A stretch of DNA of 64,000 nucleotides from Felis catus (GCF_018350175.1 NC_058368.1:44704001-44768000); one strand, 5' to 3'. Shown: positions 11,798 to 24,110, counted from the stretch's first letter. The notes: generated by a model not told the origin, from the letters alone. Made by a program: numbers and translations.

Positions 11798-13289
11798 AAT
11801 CTGTAAACAAACTTAAGTTCCTCTGCCAGATGTGCAGCAAAGATAATCACTAAGACATGGCATATGCAGCAAGGAAAGGATTTATTCCAGAGGCAGCCAA
11901 ACAAAGAGACTGAAGGACAAGTCTCAAATCTACCCCCTCCACCCTCCTGAAGCAGGAGAGTGAGGGAAATTCAAAGGCAAAACAAAAAGATCTGAGTAAA
12001 ACATCACAGGTGTTCTTATTAGTCTGCAGCTTACAGCAGTCCCATTAACCCTTTGGTTACCAGTTGCGTGGCTACAGAAAGTGTTTCCAATACCACAGCT
12101 TCCATATTTGAAGGTCTTACTGACTAAGCCTATGATATTCAAAATATAATTTTCACTCACAACATATTGTTACCTAGAAACTATGTTCAGACATCCCTTC
12201 CTTTGCATAATAAAAATACAAGAATTTCACACCCCCCACAGTGTAAAACCTTTGAAGCAACTCCCTGGATCCAGAACTCTGTGTGATCCTTTGTTTCTCA
12301 ATGGATAGAGAACTCTTTAATCTGATCCCAAGAGAAGTCTTGTCAGTGCTGCTGTCAGAATACTCTAGTATCTGCCCTCAGGGAGCTCTCTCATGAGATG
12401 TTCCTGTTAGAGTATCTTAACAGTACAGCGAGCAGAATTTCAGTAAGCTTACAACAGGTTCTGTGAATGCTCTTGTTCCTGCTTGCTATGAAACGTGGAT
12501 GCCTGTGGCAAATCTAGTTTAGATTTGCTGACATTGCAACATGGCCGGTAAGCAAGGTTGTATGTAGAAGTCTGATAGAAAACACTTAACTCTAATTATT
12601 AGAACATGCCCATTTTTTTTACAAGAAACCTCTACTTGTAAATATGCACAGAATTGGGGTCAATTAACCACATTCCAAAAATTGGTAGAATTCACTAACC
12701 TAACACCTGGCAGAAATGGTCTCTACTACCTAATCCTTCCATATTTCCTTGTCAGCAACTCCTCTCCACCGATTACAATTCTGCATTTCCTTCCTTTCAT
12801 GTTTCCTATTTCCCTTTAACATAATGTAAGCTCTCTGAGGGCAGATTTGATTTATTTTCTTTGACATATCACCATGGCCGGTACATGTTTGTACATTTTT
12901 TTTAATGGATTAAGTTCTTGGATTTCAGTTCTTGAAAAAGGGTGATTCATCTATAGAATTTGTTAAAGAAAAGGCACCTATGTTCCCCTGAAATAGGATT
13001 TTGACAAATGGCAGAAAAAAGTATTAATCATGTGTCCTGGGGACACAAAAGAAGGAATGATTAAATTTAAATGGGTGAAGTTAAAAAAGTGGTTTATGGA
13101 AAGGTACAGATTGAACTAGGCTTTGGATGATGGAAAATAATATAAATGGTCTCATTTAGGTTTTATTTGGGTAAAAGAAAAGCTAATGCATTTTTAATAC
13201 TTCCTGACACTATTGTCCTCAAATGCAATAACCTGAATCCTTTTAGTATTGATGTTGCCACATGGAATTTAATGCGCATAGAGAACCAA

Positions 13290-13640
13290 CGAGAGTTGTG
13301 CTAGGCTAGAGTTGTGTCACTTTGGAGAGATTTCAAATGTATCCAAAGATGAGGTGAAAATTTGAGCAGAGAAACTAGGTGGACAGTGGGAGGTGAGTGC
13401 AGAGTCACGAGATATTAAGAAAAAAAAAATGGAAAAGAAATTGAAGCAGAGAGAGGAATCTGTGAAAGGGCAAAAGTATGTGTACCATGTCAGCATGTTC
13501 GAGTAAACTGAGTGATTCGGTATGGCTGGGACATAGGGCGCTGGAAGGCAGCCGGTAGAAGTGGAGACGAGAAGGAAGGCGAGGTGTCAATCATAACAGA
13601 TAGTGTTATGCCAGACTGAGGGATCTGGAAGCAGCCATGC
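13290..13640 (-). mobile_element. L2 fragment
   Basis: Purine-rich ggcaaaagtatgtg...gcatgttcgagtaaactgag...ggctgggacatag motif typical of antisense L2. Confidence 0.5.
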
Positions 13641-15838
13641 TCCACAGGGAGCTCAAATGAACTGTCTTTCTTTGCTCTACATTCTAGTTCTGAGGCATGG
13701 TTTATCCAATAATCCCTTTGGACCATGGGAATACACTATATCCAGTCTACTAGAGTGATGAGACTCTGATAATTTTATAGTTTCCTTGGAAAATTATAAA
13801 TTATTCTTCAGCCAGAGTGATCTTCATAAAATGCAACCGTGTCACTGCCCTTTCTTAACCTTTTATAACATCTTTACCTTAGCTAAGTTGCTGTATGACC
13901 CAGGGTCTGCCTTTCTCTCCAAATCCTTGCGGCCACTCTCTCTCATTATGTCACAGCCAAACTTAACTTGTCCTCCTTTTGTTTGCATGTCACACTCAGG
14001 GGCTTGACACAAATTGTTCCTTTTCATTACAGTGCTCCCCCACTTTCTGTAAATCTGTTAAATTAACTAAGTCCCAGCTTAAAAAAAAAAGTTTTTTCCA
14101 GGAGATAAATTACATACTTCTTGAGCGTCTTAGTAGTCCCAGGGAAACTCAGCAAACAAGGAGTTGTTTTTCAATGTGTGAATCTAAGACAATACAATTT
14201 TAATACAAATTATTTATCATACAAAAATTTAGGCAATTTGGGATCCCAGCTTATGAAAAAGAATAGTAAAGTTGAATACAAAACTAAAAATACTATCTCT
14301 CTTGGAAGGCGCCTTGCAAATGACAGTCCTTGAGGCTTAAGTTACTGTGCTAGATATTGGTGCACACTGGAGAAAACAACTCACATTTATTTTGTAAGAT
14401 TCTTCAAACTGTGTCAGTTTCAGGCTGCACAGAAATTGCAACTGCCCCGTGAGTATTATTAGTATGAAGTTTTGAATGAATGAGCAGAATAAGTTTTGCC
14501 ACAGTGAATCATGAAGCGAACCCAGCTATTTTTTTCTTGTTTGTTTTGAAGATTCTCTGTAGCATACATTGATTAAAAATTCAGGCCTATTTATGGGTGT
14601 GCTCAGACAGTATCAGTATCTGCTTCTTGAGCTAACTCAGGAAATAAAGAGAAACAAACCAGAAAGACCGTTTGGCTACAAAGTTTGAGAGAATCAACAG
14701 AGAGCAAAGAAAAAACAAAAAGACTCACTAGAACAGATACTATTTGGGGACTCTGAGGTTTTATATGGCCAATGACCACATCGCAATGTCTATTCACTGT
14801 TTTGTTGTGTTTCCTTCATTTATCAAGTATGTTGACTCTGCCGGCATCAGATGACATATCTACTACTTAGCTTACTCTGTCTTATTGGAAGATTGACCAA
14901 AATGTTTCATGAAATTGATATAATTTTGCTCTTGAATTTATCGGAATATACTCATTAAGTTTAAGCCATGAAGCAATTATTTATTTTTCCTCAACAAATG
15001 GTATCATAAAGAATCTAAACTTAAAAGGACTGTTAATTGGCTTTTATTAGTCTAATTGGGAAAATTATTCAAAATAATCTTCAGAGAAGCAACAGTCAGG
15101 TTAGAATGACACATTAGCAATATGTGAAAACAAAACAAGGAGAAAAAAAATCATGTCAGTAGAGATGAGAAAAAGATAAATGCCTGTCGAGGGTAATGCT
15201 GAAACAATTTTCTGCTATGAGTCTGAACCATGAAAGGTCACTTTCTAGTAATTATGTTTCTCTCTGAGTAAAACAGAAAAAGCAACTAGACATTAATAGA
15301 CAGTCATCAAATCACAGAATTTTTAGGTCATTAAATCACACTCAGGAAAAAAAAAAGGTACTCAAATGAGAGCTATAATATTTTGATGTAAAGGAGAAAG
15401 ATTATTTGAAAATGAAGTCATTTAAAATACTTACGTAGAATATCTGGATTAAATTTGGGACAAAAGTACTCAAAATGTAACAATTTCATGAATAAAAACT
15501 AAGATGAAATACTGTCACACTCTGATACTTGTTATGAAGTATGTTATTAGAGGAAAACAGGATTTCTTAAGATATTATATAACCTAGCTGACCAAAAATT
15601 ACAAGGGTAAGAGAAACGATCAAAATGATGAATTCCATGTATAGCCAATTTAAAAGCCATATACTTCAAGACATATACTTCAAGAAGAAGATAGACAAAT
15701 GACTAATAAACATTTTTAAAATGTTCAATCTCATTAATCTTTAGTGGAATGTGATAGCTCTATCCACTAGAATGTATAAAAAACATAAAAGATAAAAGAA
15801 TGACATTACCAAGTCAGTGAGGTATATAGTATCCAGAA

Positions 15839-16037
15839 TTTTTTTTAATGTTTTTATTTTTGAGAAAGCGACAGAGAGAGAGCAGGGGAGGTGCAAAAAG
15901 AGAGCGAGACAGATGATCTGAAGCAGGCTCCACACTGACAGCAGAGAGACCAATGCTAGGCTCGACCTCTTGAACCATGAGATCATGACCTGAGTCGAAG
16001 TTGGACGCTTAACCGACTGAGCCATCCAGGTACCCCC
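15839..16037 (-). mobile_element. CAN-SINE
   Basis: TSD agtatccagaattt / agtacccagaattt; full body. Confidence 0.92.
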
Positions 16038-16252
16038 TGAGTACCCAGAATTTGAATACACTTTTAATGTGTAAATAAATTAGGAAATCAGCTTGCAAAA
16101 GCAGTATCTACTAAAGCTGAACACAAGAATGCCACGTAGCCTAACAATTGCAGTTCCAGGTCTATACCCACCTAAAATGTGTACCCAGGCTCACAAAGGA
16201 TGTACATAAAGACATGCACAGCAGCTCTGTTCTTATCAAAGTATTTACACAA

Positions 16253-16274
16253 TTTTTTAAGGTTATTCATTTTT

Positions 16275-16306
<32 letters not shown>

Positions 16307-16488
16307 GAGAGAGAGAGACAGAGTGTGAGGGGGAGGGCCAGAGAGAGATGGAGACACAGAATCTGAAGCAGGCTCCAGGCTCTGAGCTGTCAGTACAGAG
16401 CCCGACTTGGGGCTCGAACCCATGAACCATGTGATCATGACATGAGCTGAAGTCCAGTGCTTAACTGACTGAGTCACCCAGGTGCCCC
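16253..16488 (-). mobile_element. CAN-SINE
   Basis: (GA)n tract, gcaggctccaggctctgagctgtcag, cacccaggtgcccc. Confidence 0.92.
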
Positions 16489-16745
16489 AGCACTATTCTT
16501 AATTCAAGAACTGGAAACTATTAAAATGTCCAGTTATAAGAGATTGAGTACATAAAATTTCTATACATTAAAGAATAAACTACAAAGATAGTTATTAATA
16601 CTATCTTTTATTAAATTCTGAATTTCAAGACATAAAACAAGTCAATAAATAAAACTAAGTCAAGCACAAATTGATGAATAAAAAAACAAGAGGAGAAAAC
16701 ACGCATAGCTTCTGTATATGTACATGTTTGATTAAAAATAAATAC

Positions 16746-16945
16746 AGGAGCACTTGAGTGGCTCAGTCTGTTAAGCGTCTGACTTCATCTCAGGTCATGA
16801 TCTCACGGTTTGTGGGTTCAAGCCCCACGTCAAGCTCTGCTGAGAGCTTGGAGCCTGAAGGCTGCTTCGATTCTGTGCCATCTCTCTCTGTGCTCTCGCT
16901 GCCCCTCTCCCCCCATCAAAAATGAATAAACTTAAAAAAAAATTA
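16746..16945 (+). mobile_element. CAN-SINE
   Basis: gtggctcagtctgttaagcg head, ggttcaagccc B-box, A tail. Confidence 0.9.
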
Positions 16946-17149
16946 AGAACAATAATGAAACAGACAAAAGCTAAGGCAAAATGAAATTAATAAATATGCT
17001 AGCACATAAAAATATCAAATTAGTAGGAAAATAACAATACAAAAGGAAGTTTTATAACAATACAAAATGGAATATTATTAATAGTCTAGAATTATAAACA
17101 AAATAAGCCTGCATTCCACTTTAAAATATCAGTAAAATAAAAATTAAAA

Positions 17150-17396
17150 AAAATTTTTAACGTTTATTTGTTATTGAGAGACAGACACAGAGCATGAGCA
17201 GGGGAGGGGCAAGAGACAGAGACACAGAGCATGAGCAGGGGAGGGGCCGAGACATGGAGAGACACAGAATCTAAAGCAGGCTCCAGGCTCTGAGCTGACA
17301 GCACAGAGCCTGATGTGGGGCTTGAACCCATGAACCGTGAGATCATGACCTGAACTGGAGTCGGATGCTTAACCAACTGAGCCACCCAGGCGTCCC
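17150..17396 (-). mobile_element. CAN-SINE with an internal ~35 bp duplication
   Basis: cacagagcatgagcaggggaggggc occurs twice; flanks share cagtaaaataaaaa. Confidence 0.92.
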
Positions 17397-18161
17397 AGTA
17401 AAATAAAAAATTTAAAGGGAATATATATAACCATGTATGTATACTTTCTACCACTATTTCTTTCTCTTGCTCAAGAAACTTCTGATGTTTATAGCAAGTT
17501 ATAGCAGATAAATTGTAGAAAGCTTCTCAATTCATGTTGTGATTATTATTATCTAAGATATCATAATGGAAAATGTTCTGAAATGGTTTTTCAAAAGCTA
17601 TGTGGACCACATATAGATGCAAAATCATAGTTAGAATATGGAATGCAACAAAATATCAAAGGAATAATGAAACATCAATTAGTTGGTTTTATTTTATGTA
17701 TGTAATGATCATTACAGTTAGAGTGTTTATATAAACTACCACATGAATAGGTCAAAAAAGAAAAAAGATACCATTTTTAATAGATTCTTGGAAATAATTT
17801 AATAAAACATGAAACCAATGCTGTTTTTTTAGGATAAAATATCCACTAAACAAACTGCAGACAATAACTTGCCCTTAACATCATGCAGTACATATATCTC
17901 AAAGAACAACTAACATCATACACAGATTATGAAACCTTAAAGTCTTTCCAATTAGAGGACACAGACAAGGACACCTGGTCTCATTACTATTTATGCATTA
18001 TTTTAAAAGTAAAAGCAATACCGTAAAAATGAAATAAATGTAAATATTAAGAAAGAAGGGATAAAGTTTCATTATTAGTTTACTATATGTTTATTTTCCT
18101 AAAAAATCAGTTATTATAAAATAAAAGACTAATAGAACTAACATGCATTTAGTAAGATGGC

Positions 18162-18166
<5 letters not shown>

Positions 18167-18203
<37 letters not shown>
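18167..18203. repeat. (TA)n microsatellite
   Basis: Pure TA run of about 18 units. Confidence 0.95.
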
Positions 18204-18208
<5 letters not shown>

Positions 18209-19492
18209 ATTTTCTCTAGTGTACTGTAAGTGTATAATTATTAATATATATGAATAAATATAATAAAAATGCACAAAAGTATAAATAAATGTGAACAGAC
18301 CTCAAAATAAGATATGAAGGCCATGCCAAAATTAAAAACCACCAAAATGTATAGAGGTTGATTTTAAGAGACGAAAGCGGGTCCATATTCTCAAATGAAA
18401 AGATTTCAAATGTAAATACCTGTGATATTTGTTTCCAGGCAAAATCCTCAAGGGATTTTCAAATCTATGACACTAACAATGTCGTTTTCTGCCTAAAATA
18501 ACTTAAGTGAAACCTGAAAAAGCCTAAGCCAGAGGAAATAATAAACAAAAAATAGGTTGATATAAATACACAAACATGAAATTTGTGTGCCAAAACATAT
18601 ACAATTAAAAGAATAAATGGACACAATGTTGATGCCAGTGGAAAATATTGCTATAGATTCCATGAAAGTAGAAATATAGAAATATACTTGGTCAAATAGA
18701 ATAAGGAATACACACAACTTTAATCTTGCAACTATAAAAATTTACATTTTAACAAAATATTTTTCAATTTCTTTTTAGGTGGTATCAAATGGCAACAAAA
18801 TGTTGATCAGGATGCACTGAAAAAGGTATTTTTCATGTAATGCTGTTCAGAAAGTTTTTGGTAAATCTTACGAAGGAAAGGTTTAAATTATATTTATTTT
18901 AGTCCTGAAAATAACTCAGTCCCAATTCCCCTGAAATCCACGTTGCAGAAATTCTTCCTAAGGAAATACTCAGTAATTTGCCCAAAAAGATTACATCTAA
19001 CAGTGTGCAATGCAGCTTTATTGATAATATCAAAATTTGGGAAATATTTTAGATATATATTATGTTAAATGTAAATATTTTAGATATAGTTAGGTACTTT
19101 AGATACTAATCAGAGACTAACTAGTTACTTCAGGACTTTTTTTCTTTTTTTCTTGCTGACAGTGGACTACTGCATAGCCATTAAAATTTGAATTTGCAAG
19201 TCTTTAATTCCATGGAAATGTTTATTTACAATTTAGATGACAAAATCAGCTTCTTTAACAACATGGTATAATAATAACTTTCTAAATATATACATATTTA
19301 GAAAAAAATTAGGTTGTCAAAGGAGATTGAAAGTGTCTCAATTGGATAAGGAAATTTATTTAACATTTACTCAATAGACATACTGAATGTGGATTATGCC
19401 CATTCATAACAATGAATGATGTAGACAGATCTCAACATTGACTGAACATATGTTAGTGAAAAGAGATGGAAAACAATAATGTATGTAATTTC

Positions 19493-19621
19493 GGGCTGAT
19501 GGCTCAGAGCCTGGAGCCTGTTTCCGATTCTGTGCCTCCCTCTCTCTCTGCCCCTCCCCCGTTCATGCTCTGTCTCTCTCTGTCCCAAAAATAAATAAAC
19601 GTTGAAAAAAAATTAAAAAAA
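19493..19621 (+). mobile_element. 5'-truncated young felid CAN-SINE
   Basis: Perfect 18-bp TSD aataatgtatgtaatttc (19475-19492 / 19622-19639); gctgatggctcagagc and tgtcccaaaaataaataaacgttg variants are largely shared with the 50977 copy. Confidence 0.93.
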
Positions 19622-19699
19622 AATAATGTATGTAATTTCAAGAACAGTAAGCAAATTGTTTGAGGTAGTGTGCAGGGTGGTCTATTTTAAGAGGGTAGA

Positions 19700-20110
19700 T
19701 AGGAAGTACCTCCATGGGGACAAATTTTGAGATGGCATCTGAACAATAAGAAGGATCTGGACACATTAGGATTGGTAGAAACATCATCCTGGACAAATGA
19801 AACAGCAAATTCAAAGGGACTGAGAGGTTAGAGCTTGCCATATTTGAGGCACAGATACAAGGGCAATTTGGCTGATATAAAGAGAAAAAAAAAAAGTAGA
19901 GTACACCAGGAGAAGATCCAGTGGGTACCTTTAGGTGAAGATAGGCACTGTATACTCTTTGCAAAGAGAAGGCCTTGAAGAGGAATGACATATGCTTCAT
20001 ATTTGTAAAAGGATTGCTCTGGCTGATTTAGGAAATGGACTGTAGGAGAAAGAGAGGTAGGGAAACCAGATTGAAAGCTTTTGCCATTGCCCAGGCCCGA
20101 GTTGTTATTA
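19700..20110 (-). mobile_element. L2 fragment
   Basis: gaggaatgacatatgcttcatatttgtaaaaggattgctctggctg, a classic antisense L2 motif. Confidence 0.65.
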
Positions 20111-20121
20111 ACTTTGTTTAG

Positions 20122-20351
20122 GGCAAGGGTTCTCATGGGAGTGAGAGGGAGCCTATTTTGTCAACCCCATAGGATATCAGGCAATGTCTGAAGACTTTTT
20201 GGTTGTCACACTGGGATGAAGGTGGAGCTGACATCTAGTGGACAGAAACCCAGAATTCTGCCGAGCACACTCAGGCACAAGACAGAGCCTCAGCTCCAGT
20301 AAAGGATTATTTGGCCCCAAATTTCAACAGTATTGAGGTTGAGAATTCCTG
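20122..20351. mobile_element. MER20 (hAT-Charlie non-autonomous DNA transposon)
   Basis: ggcaatgtctgaagactttttggttgtcaca...catctagtgg...ggattatttggccccaaatttcaacagt...ggttgagaa, with ttctca/tgagaa termini. Confidence 0.85.
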
Positions 20352-20770
20352 ATTTAGGCCAATAGGTTGGAAATAGTACAAAGTGGACAGACTACTATAA
20401 TCATGCAAAGAATATATATGAAGCCCCAAACTTTTATTAGCATTTTGAAAGCTTCTCAGACAATTTTACCAGGAAGTATATAAATATCCAGATCTTTAGT
20501 TGAAATAATTCTTATGAATTATACTTCATACTGCTTTTAACCAGCAATTAATGTGAAGGAGTTTGGGTTTCTGTTTTATATGGAGAGACAACCAGAAAAA
20601 TATGCAGTCTTAATTTTTCAATTATCCATGAAGACAAAATTAAAGGAAAAAAAACATGACAATTGTAAAATCTATAAAAAGATTTTTATTGGATTAGCTT
20701 ACTAAAAGTTATTTTAAGAAGAATATTTACTAAAAATATTTTCCAGATGAAAAAAGAAAAATCTACTCAC

Positions 20771-20933
20771 TTGCCATTCAAAGCTGCTACACCAACTGTG
20801 CTTCGGGCAATGGACATACTGGCTACAAATGTCCATTGCTGACTCTGGGGGTCCCATCTCTCCACTGTATTCAGATAGCTCCAGCCATCATGGCCTCCCA
20901 CAGCATAAATAGGGCCTTCAAGAACTGTTACAC
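20771..20933 (-). CDS. KLHL1: KLHL1 internal coding exon (kelch repeat; probably orthologous to human exon 8), 163 nt, phase 1/2
   Basis: Not in the ORF track. Minus strand reads gttttag|GT GTA ACA GTT...AAT GGC AA|gtgagtag, translating to (G)[53 protein letters not shown](K). Its terminal AA joins the first G of the 959-1171 exon to make AAG (Lys) in frame. Confidence 0.96.
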
Positions 20934-21467
20934 CTAAAACATGGGGGAAATGAAAACTGAATGAATGTGCTTCACAGTGAGATTTAAAAAAATCAGATTA
21001 ACAGTACAAATTGTGATGCAATTCAAAATAGGCTCTAGCTGCTACACAAATGCAATGGGGTAGAAACTATTTACTATTAATTGTATCATTTTATTAAAGT
21101 GAAAACAATTAGAACCAAAATAAGTATGATCTAGGTGCTTTATAGAAGAAAATTAATTTGCTTATTTATATCTCTATGAAAAAGCAAATTCTAAAAATCA
21201 GAGATGATACACAGTGTGCCTCTACTTCTGAAAAACATTTCTATACTGCGGTTTAAAGTAGTTTGTTACTTTAAATGATGCTACATTAAGCAACACAATA
21301 TTATCAATTTGAAATTCAGGGTAGGGTTTTCTGTGTTTTGGCTTTTTGGTAACTTCATAATAAAGTTATCTAAAACTTATAAAATATGAAGCATTTCATG
21401 TCACAAGCCGAAATCACTAAACACAAGCAATCAAAACAAAGTAATAGTGAGTCATGGATGAAAGGAG

Positions 21468-21520
21468 AGATAGATAATAGATAGATGATAGATAGATGAT
21501 AGATAGATGATAGACAGATA
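21468..21520. repeat. (GATA)n-like microsatellite
   Basis: Imperfect gatagat repeats. Confidence 0.85.
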
Positions 21521-21683
21521 CTCCTATATACTGCTTTTCCAGTATATTCTTTTCTTCATAGATGAATTTTATTAAATTCTAGCAATTGCTAAATATTTAT
21601 ATATCATGTTAATATTGGCTGAAATGATTTCATTATATAAAGAGCAATTCTGATGAATTTTTTCTTCAAAATTCAAAGCCTGA

Positions 21684-22420
21684 TTGTCAGGACTCTGAAA
21701 AATCTGTGATTTTACCCTACTTGCCAGCTGACAAGTTAGACTGCCATAAATATACGTATATTGGTAGAAGACATGAGAGTTGTGTGTCAAAGGGGAAAGG
21801 TAATTCATTACTTATAACAACAGTAATAGATTATCACCTTTTATTGTTTGTTTGTCTTTCACTTGTTCTTCAAGCCCTGGTTCCAATAGGGTGACCCAAA
21901 GAGGATGACCAACATGACCTTAACTTTGCCTTCAGCTTGACCAAAATTTAGAAAGGATTCTTCTTGCTTTGAGGGCCCTGACCTCATTTTCCTTAGAGCA
22001 CTTATTTTAGAAAACATGTAATTGCACATTATTTCTCTCTGCACAAGATTTCTCTCTGCACAATATTTTTAGATGGAAATCTTTTGAAATGCCTCCTACT
22101 CGTGTTACAACTCAGGACTTCTTTCTCAAGGACCTGAGAACTATTTATTTGAAATGTAATCATCAAGAAAGATATCAAGAGCCTATCTTCAGTTGACACC
22201 TTGCTTCAAGTTGTAAAACTACTTCTTGTTGTGAAGACAGAAAATTTACCTTACCTTTGGGTACGGCCAATTAGCAAATACACTTTGCCTATAATCCCTT
22301 ACACCTGCCTGAGCTCTTAAAAACGCTCCTGGCTTTGTTTTGGTGAGGTTGAGTCCAGCCAAAATTCTGGGCTTTCTTCCATCTTACAATAGTCCCTTGC
22401 ATGTTAAATTTGTCTAATGA
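21684..22420. mobile_element. Composite ERV1-class LTR relics (MER34/39-like start, then MER31/MER67-like LTR)
   Basis: 21684-21830 is homologous to 4157-4300; ccttagagcacttattttagaaaac and tttgaaatgtaatcatcaagaaagata motifs follow. Confidence 0.55.
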
Positions 22421-22724
22421 ATGTTTTTGCAGTTCAGTTGGAACTTGAACATGCAGTGGATTGTATTACAAGAAAGGAAATGGATTTGCCATGAGCACTA
22501 AACCCATGTGCTTATTACTACAGAAGGAGACATTATCTTCATGCTTTTAAAGCATGCCTGCCTTTCACTTTGGAGAAAGGAATTATCCTCTCTTCTAAGA
22601 CTTTCCATTATATTAACATCCTTTTGCGGGGGGTCAGTGCCTTGCTCCAAAGTTATGCAGAAATTTGAGAGACACATGGAGAATTTTCTTTCAATAGGAA
22701 CCTGAAAATAAAACAACCCCTTGT

Positions 22725-24110
22725 TTGCTCATTCATTCACTCATTCATTTGAATGTCTGTTGTGTGTTAGAAATTGTTCTTATCACCAAAGACACAGTGC
22801 CAAGAACAGAGGTGAACAAGGCCAACAAAGTCCCTGCCCTCGATGAGCTGAGCTCATATTTATTAGGCAATAAATATGTAACTAAAATGGAATAAGTACA
22901 TGATTCACAGTAAGCAAGCCCTTCACACATATTATACAATTATAATTTAATAAAGAAAAAAGTAACTGATTAGAATATCAAATTACTGTCATACATATCT
23001 TCAACTTAGGGATCCTATTTTACACACACTAGTAAGTAGATATGCATATGGAGGACAGGGTTCTGATGCAATGACTGCCAAAGCCAAAGGACATAAGCTT
23101 TGTATGTTGATCTTTTCTTGGGGCAGCTCAAAGTAAGTGGGATCAGAAAGGATGAATAAATGTTAAGTTTGGGGCAATTTCCAAAGGAGATGAATATATC
23201 TTATGGAATTTTACAAGAGCATGTACAATCATTCCCATGTCTCCATAATGATTAAATATATGGAGATAAAGGTTAAACATCAATGAAGTTTTTAAGGAGA
23301 TATCCATCAGAAAGGGCCAGATCATTAGCATGAATCTAATGAATTTACATTTTATTCTAAGAGCAAAGGGAAATCACTGAAGTGTTTATCAATGAGGGAT
23401 TTTATCACCATAACATTTATTTTGATTTTGTTGTAGTAAATGGGTTGGAGTCAGTTTAGGAGGCAGTAGAGAGATGGTTAGGAGGAAATTGTAGTTATCC
23501 AAAAAGGATAAGATAGCATCTTGCATTAGTAGGTTAAAGAGTAAATAGAGAAAAGTGGAAATATTTGAGCTTTATTCTGATAAAAATTCTGGAGGTTTGT
23601 TTCTAGAACATGCTAATGGATTGGATCTGGGGTATATGAATATGTTTCAACGATAGGTGAATTGACTGAAAAGTTTGAAAACTACATGTTGAAGATATCA
23701 TGTCTGAGGGAACTATTAGACATCTAAGTGGAGTATTCAAAAAGGCTGTTTAATATACTTGTCATAAGTTCAAGTTAATGTTGGAGCTATATGTATAAAT
23801 TTGGACTCCTCAGCAATGACATGGAGTTTGAAGGCATGGAATCAGATAAGGGCAGTTAAGAAAAGAGTAGTAAGAGAGAAGGTAACAGAGACCAAAATCT
23901 AGCCCTGAGTGGCTTCAAAATCAATTACAACAAAAGAGAACAAAAGAGCCAGAGAAGAAATGGCCAGATAGGTGGAAGGAAAAGCAGAAGCTTTTGGTAT
24001 CTGAAAACTACGAGTGGAGAGTATTTCTAGGGGGATGGAGTAATCATATTTCTGACCAAGTACAAATTTCTATTGGATTTGGAAAGAGGGAGGTTATTGT
24101 TCACTTTCAA
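22725..24110 (-). mobile_element. L2 relics (3' tail and body)
   Basis: cattcattcactcattcatt tail, aacaaagtccctgccctcga, tttacattttattctaagagcaaagggaaatcactgaag. Confidence 0.65.

Larger units (their letters stand above)
5986..12164 (-). mobile_element. Decayed ERV1-class (gamma-like, MER4-group-like) provirus
   Basis: Homologous LTRs at 5986-~6420 (partial) and 11802-~12164 (47/59 identical over the first 59 nt); PBS at 11780-11797; integrase and RNase H remnants between them. Confidence 0.88.
15050..19480 (+). mobile_element. Highly decayed old L1 (L1M-type) fragments interrupted by SINEs
   Basis: A-rich strand with recognisable L1 ORF2 and 3' pieces (aaaatgttcaatctcattaat, acaaggacacctggtctcattactattt, catagccattaaaa). 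Confidence 0.55.
1172..20770 (-). other. KLHL1: KLHL1 intron (~19.6 kb) between the two visible exons
   Basis: GT donor at 20769-20770 and AG acceptor at 1172-1173 on the minus strand; the reading frame is continuous across the junction. Confidence 0.93.

Noticed and set aside
12508..12528. Hairpin GCAAATCTA-GTT-TAGATTTGC
   Set aside because: A 9-bp stem is expected by chance in 64 kb of AT-rich DNA.
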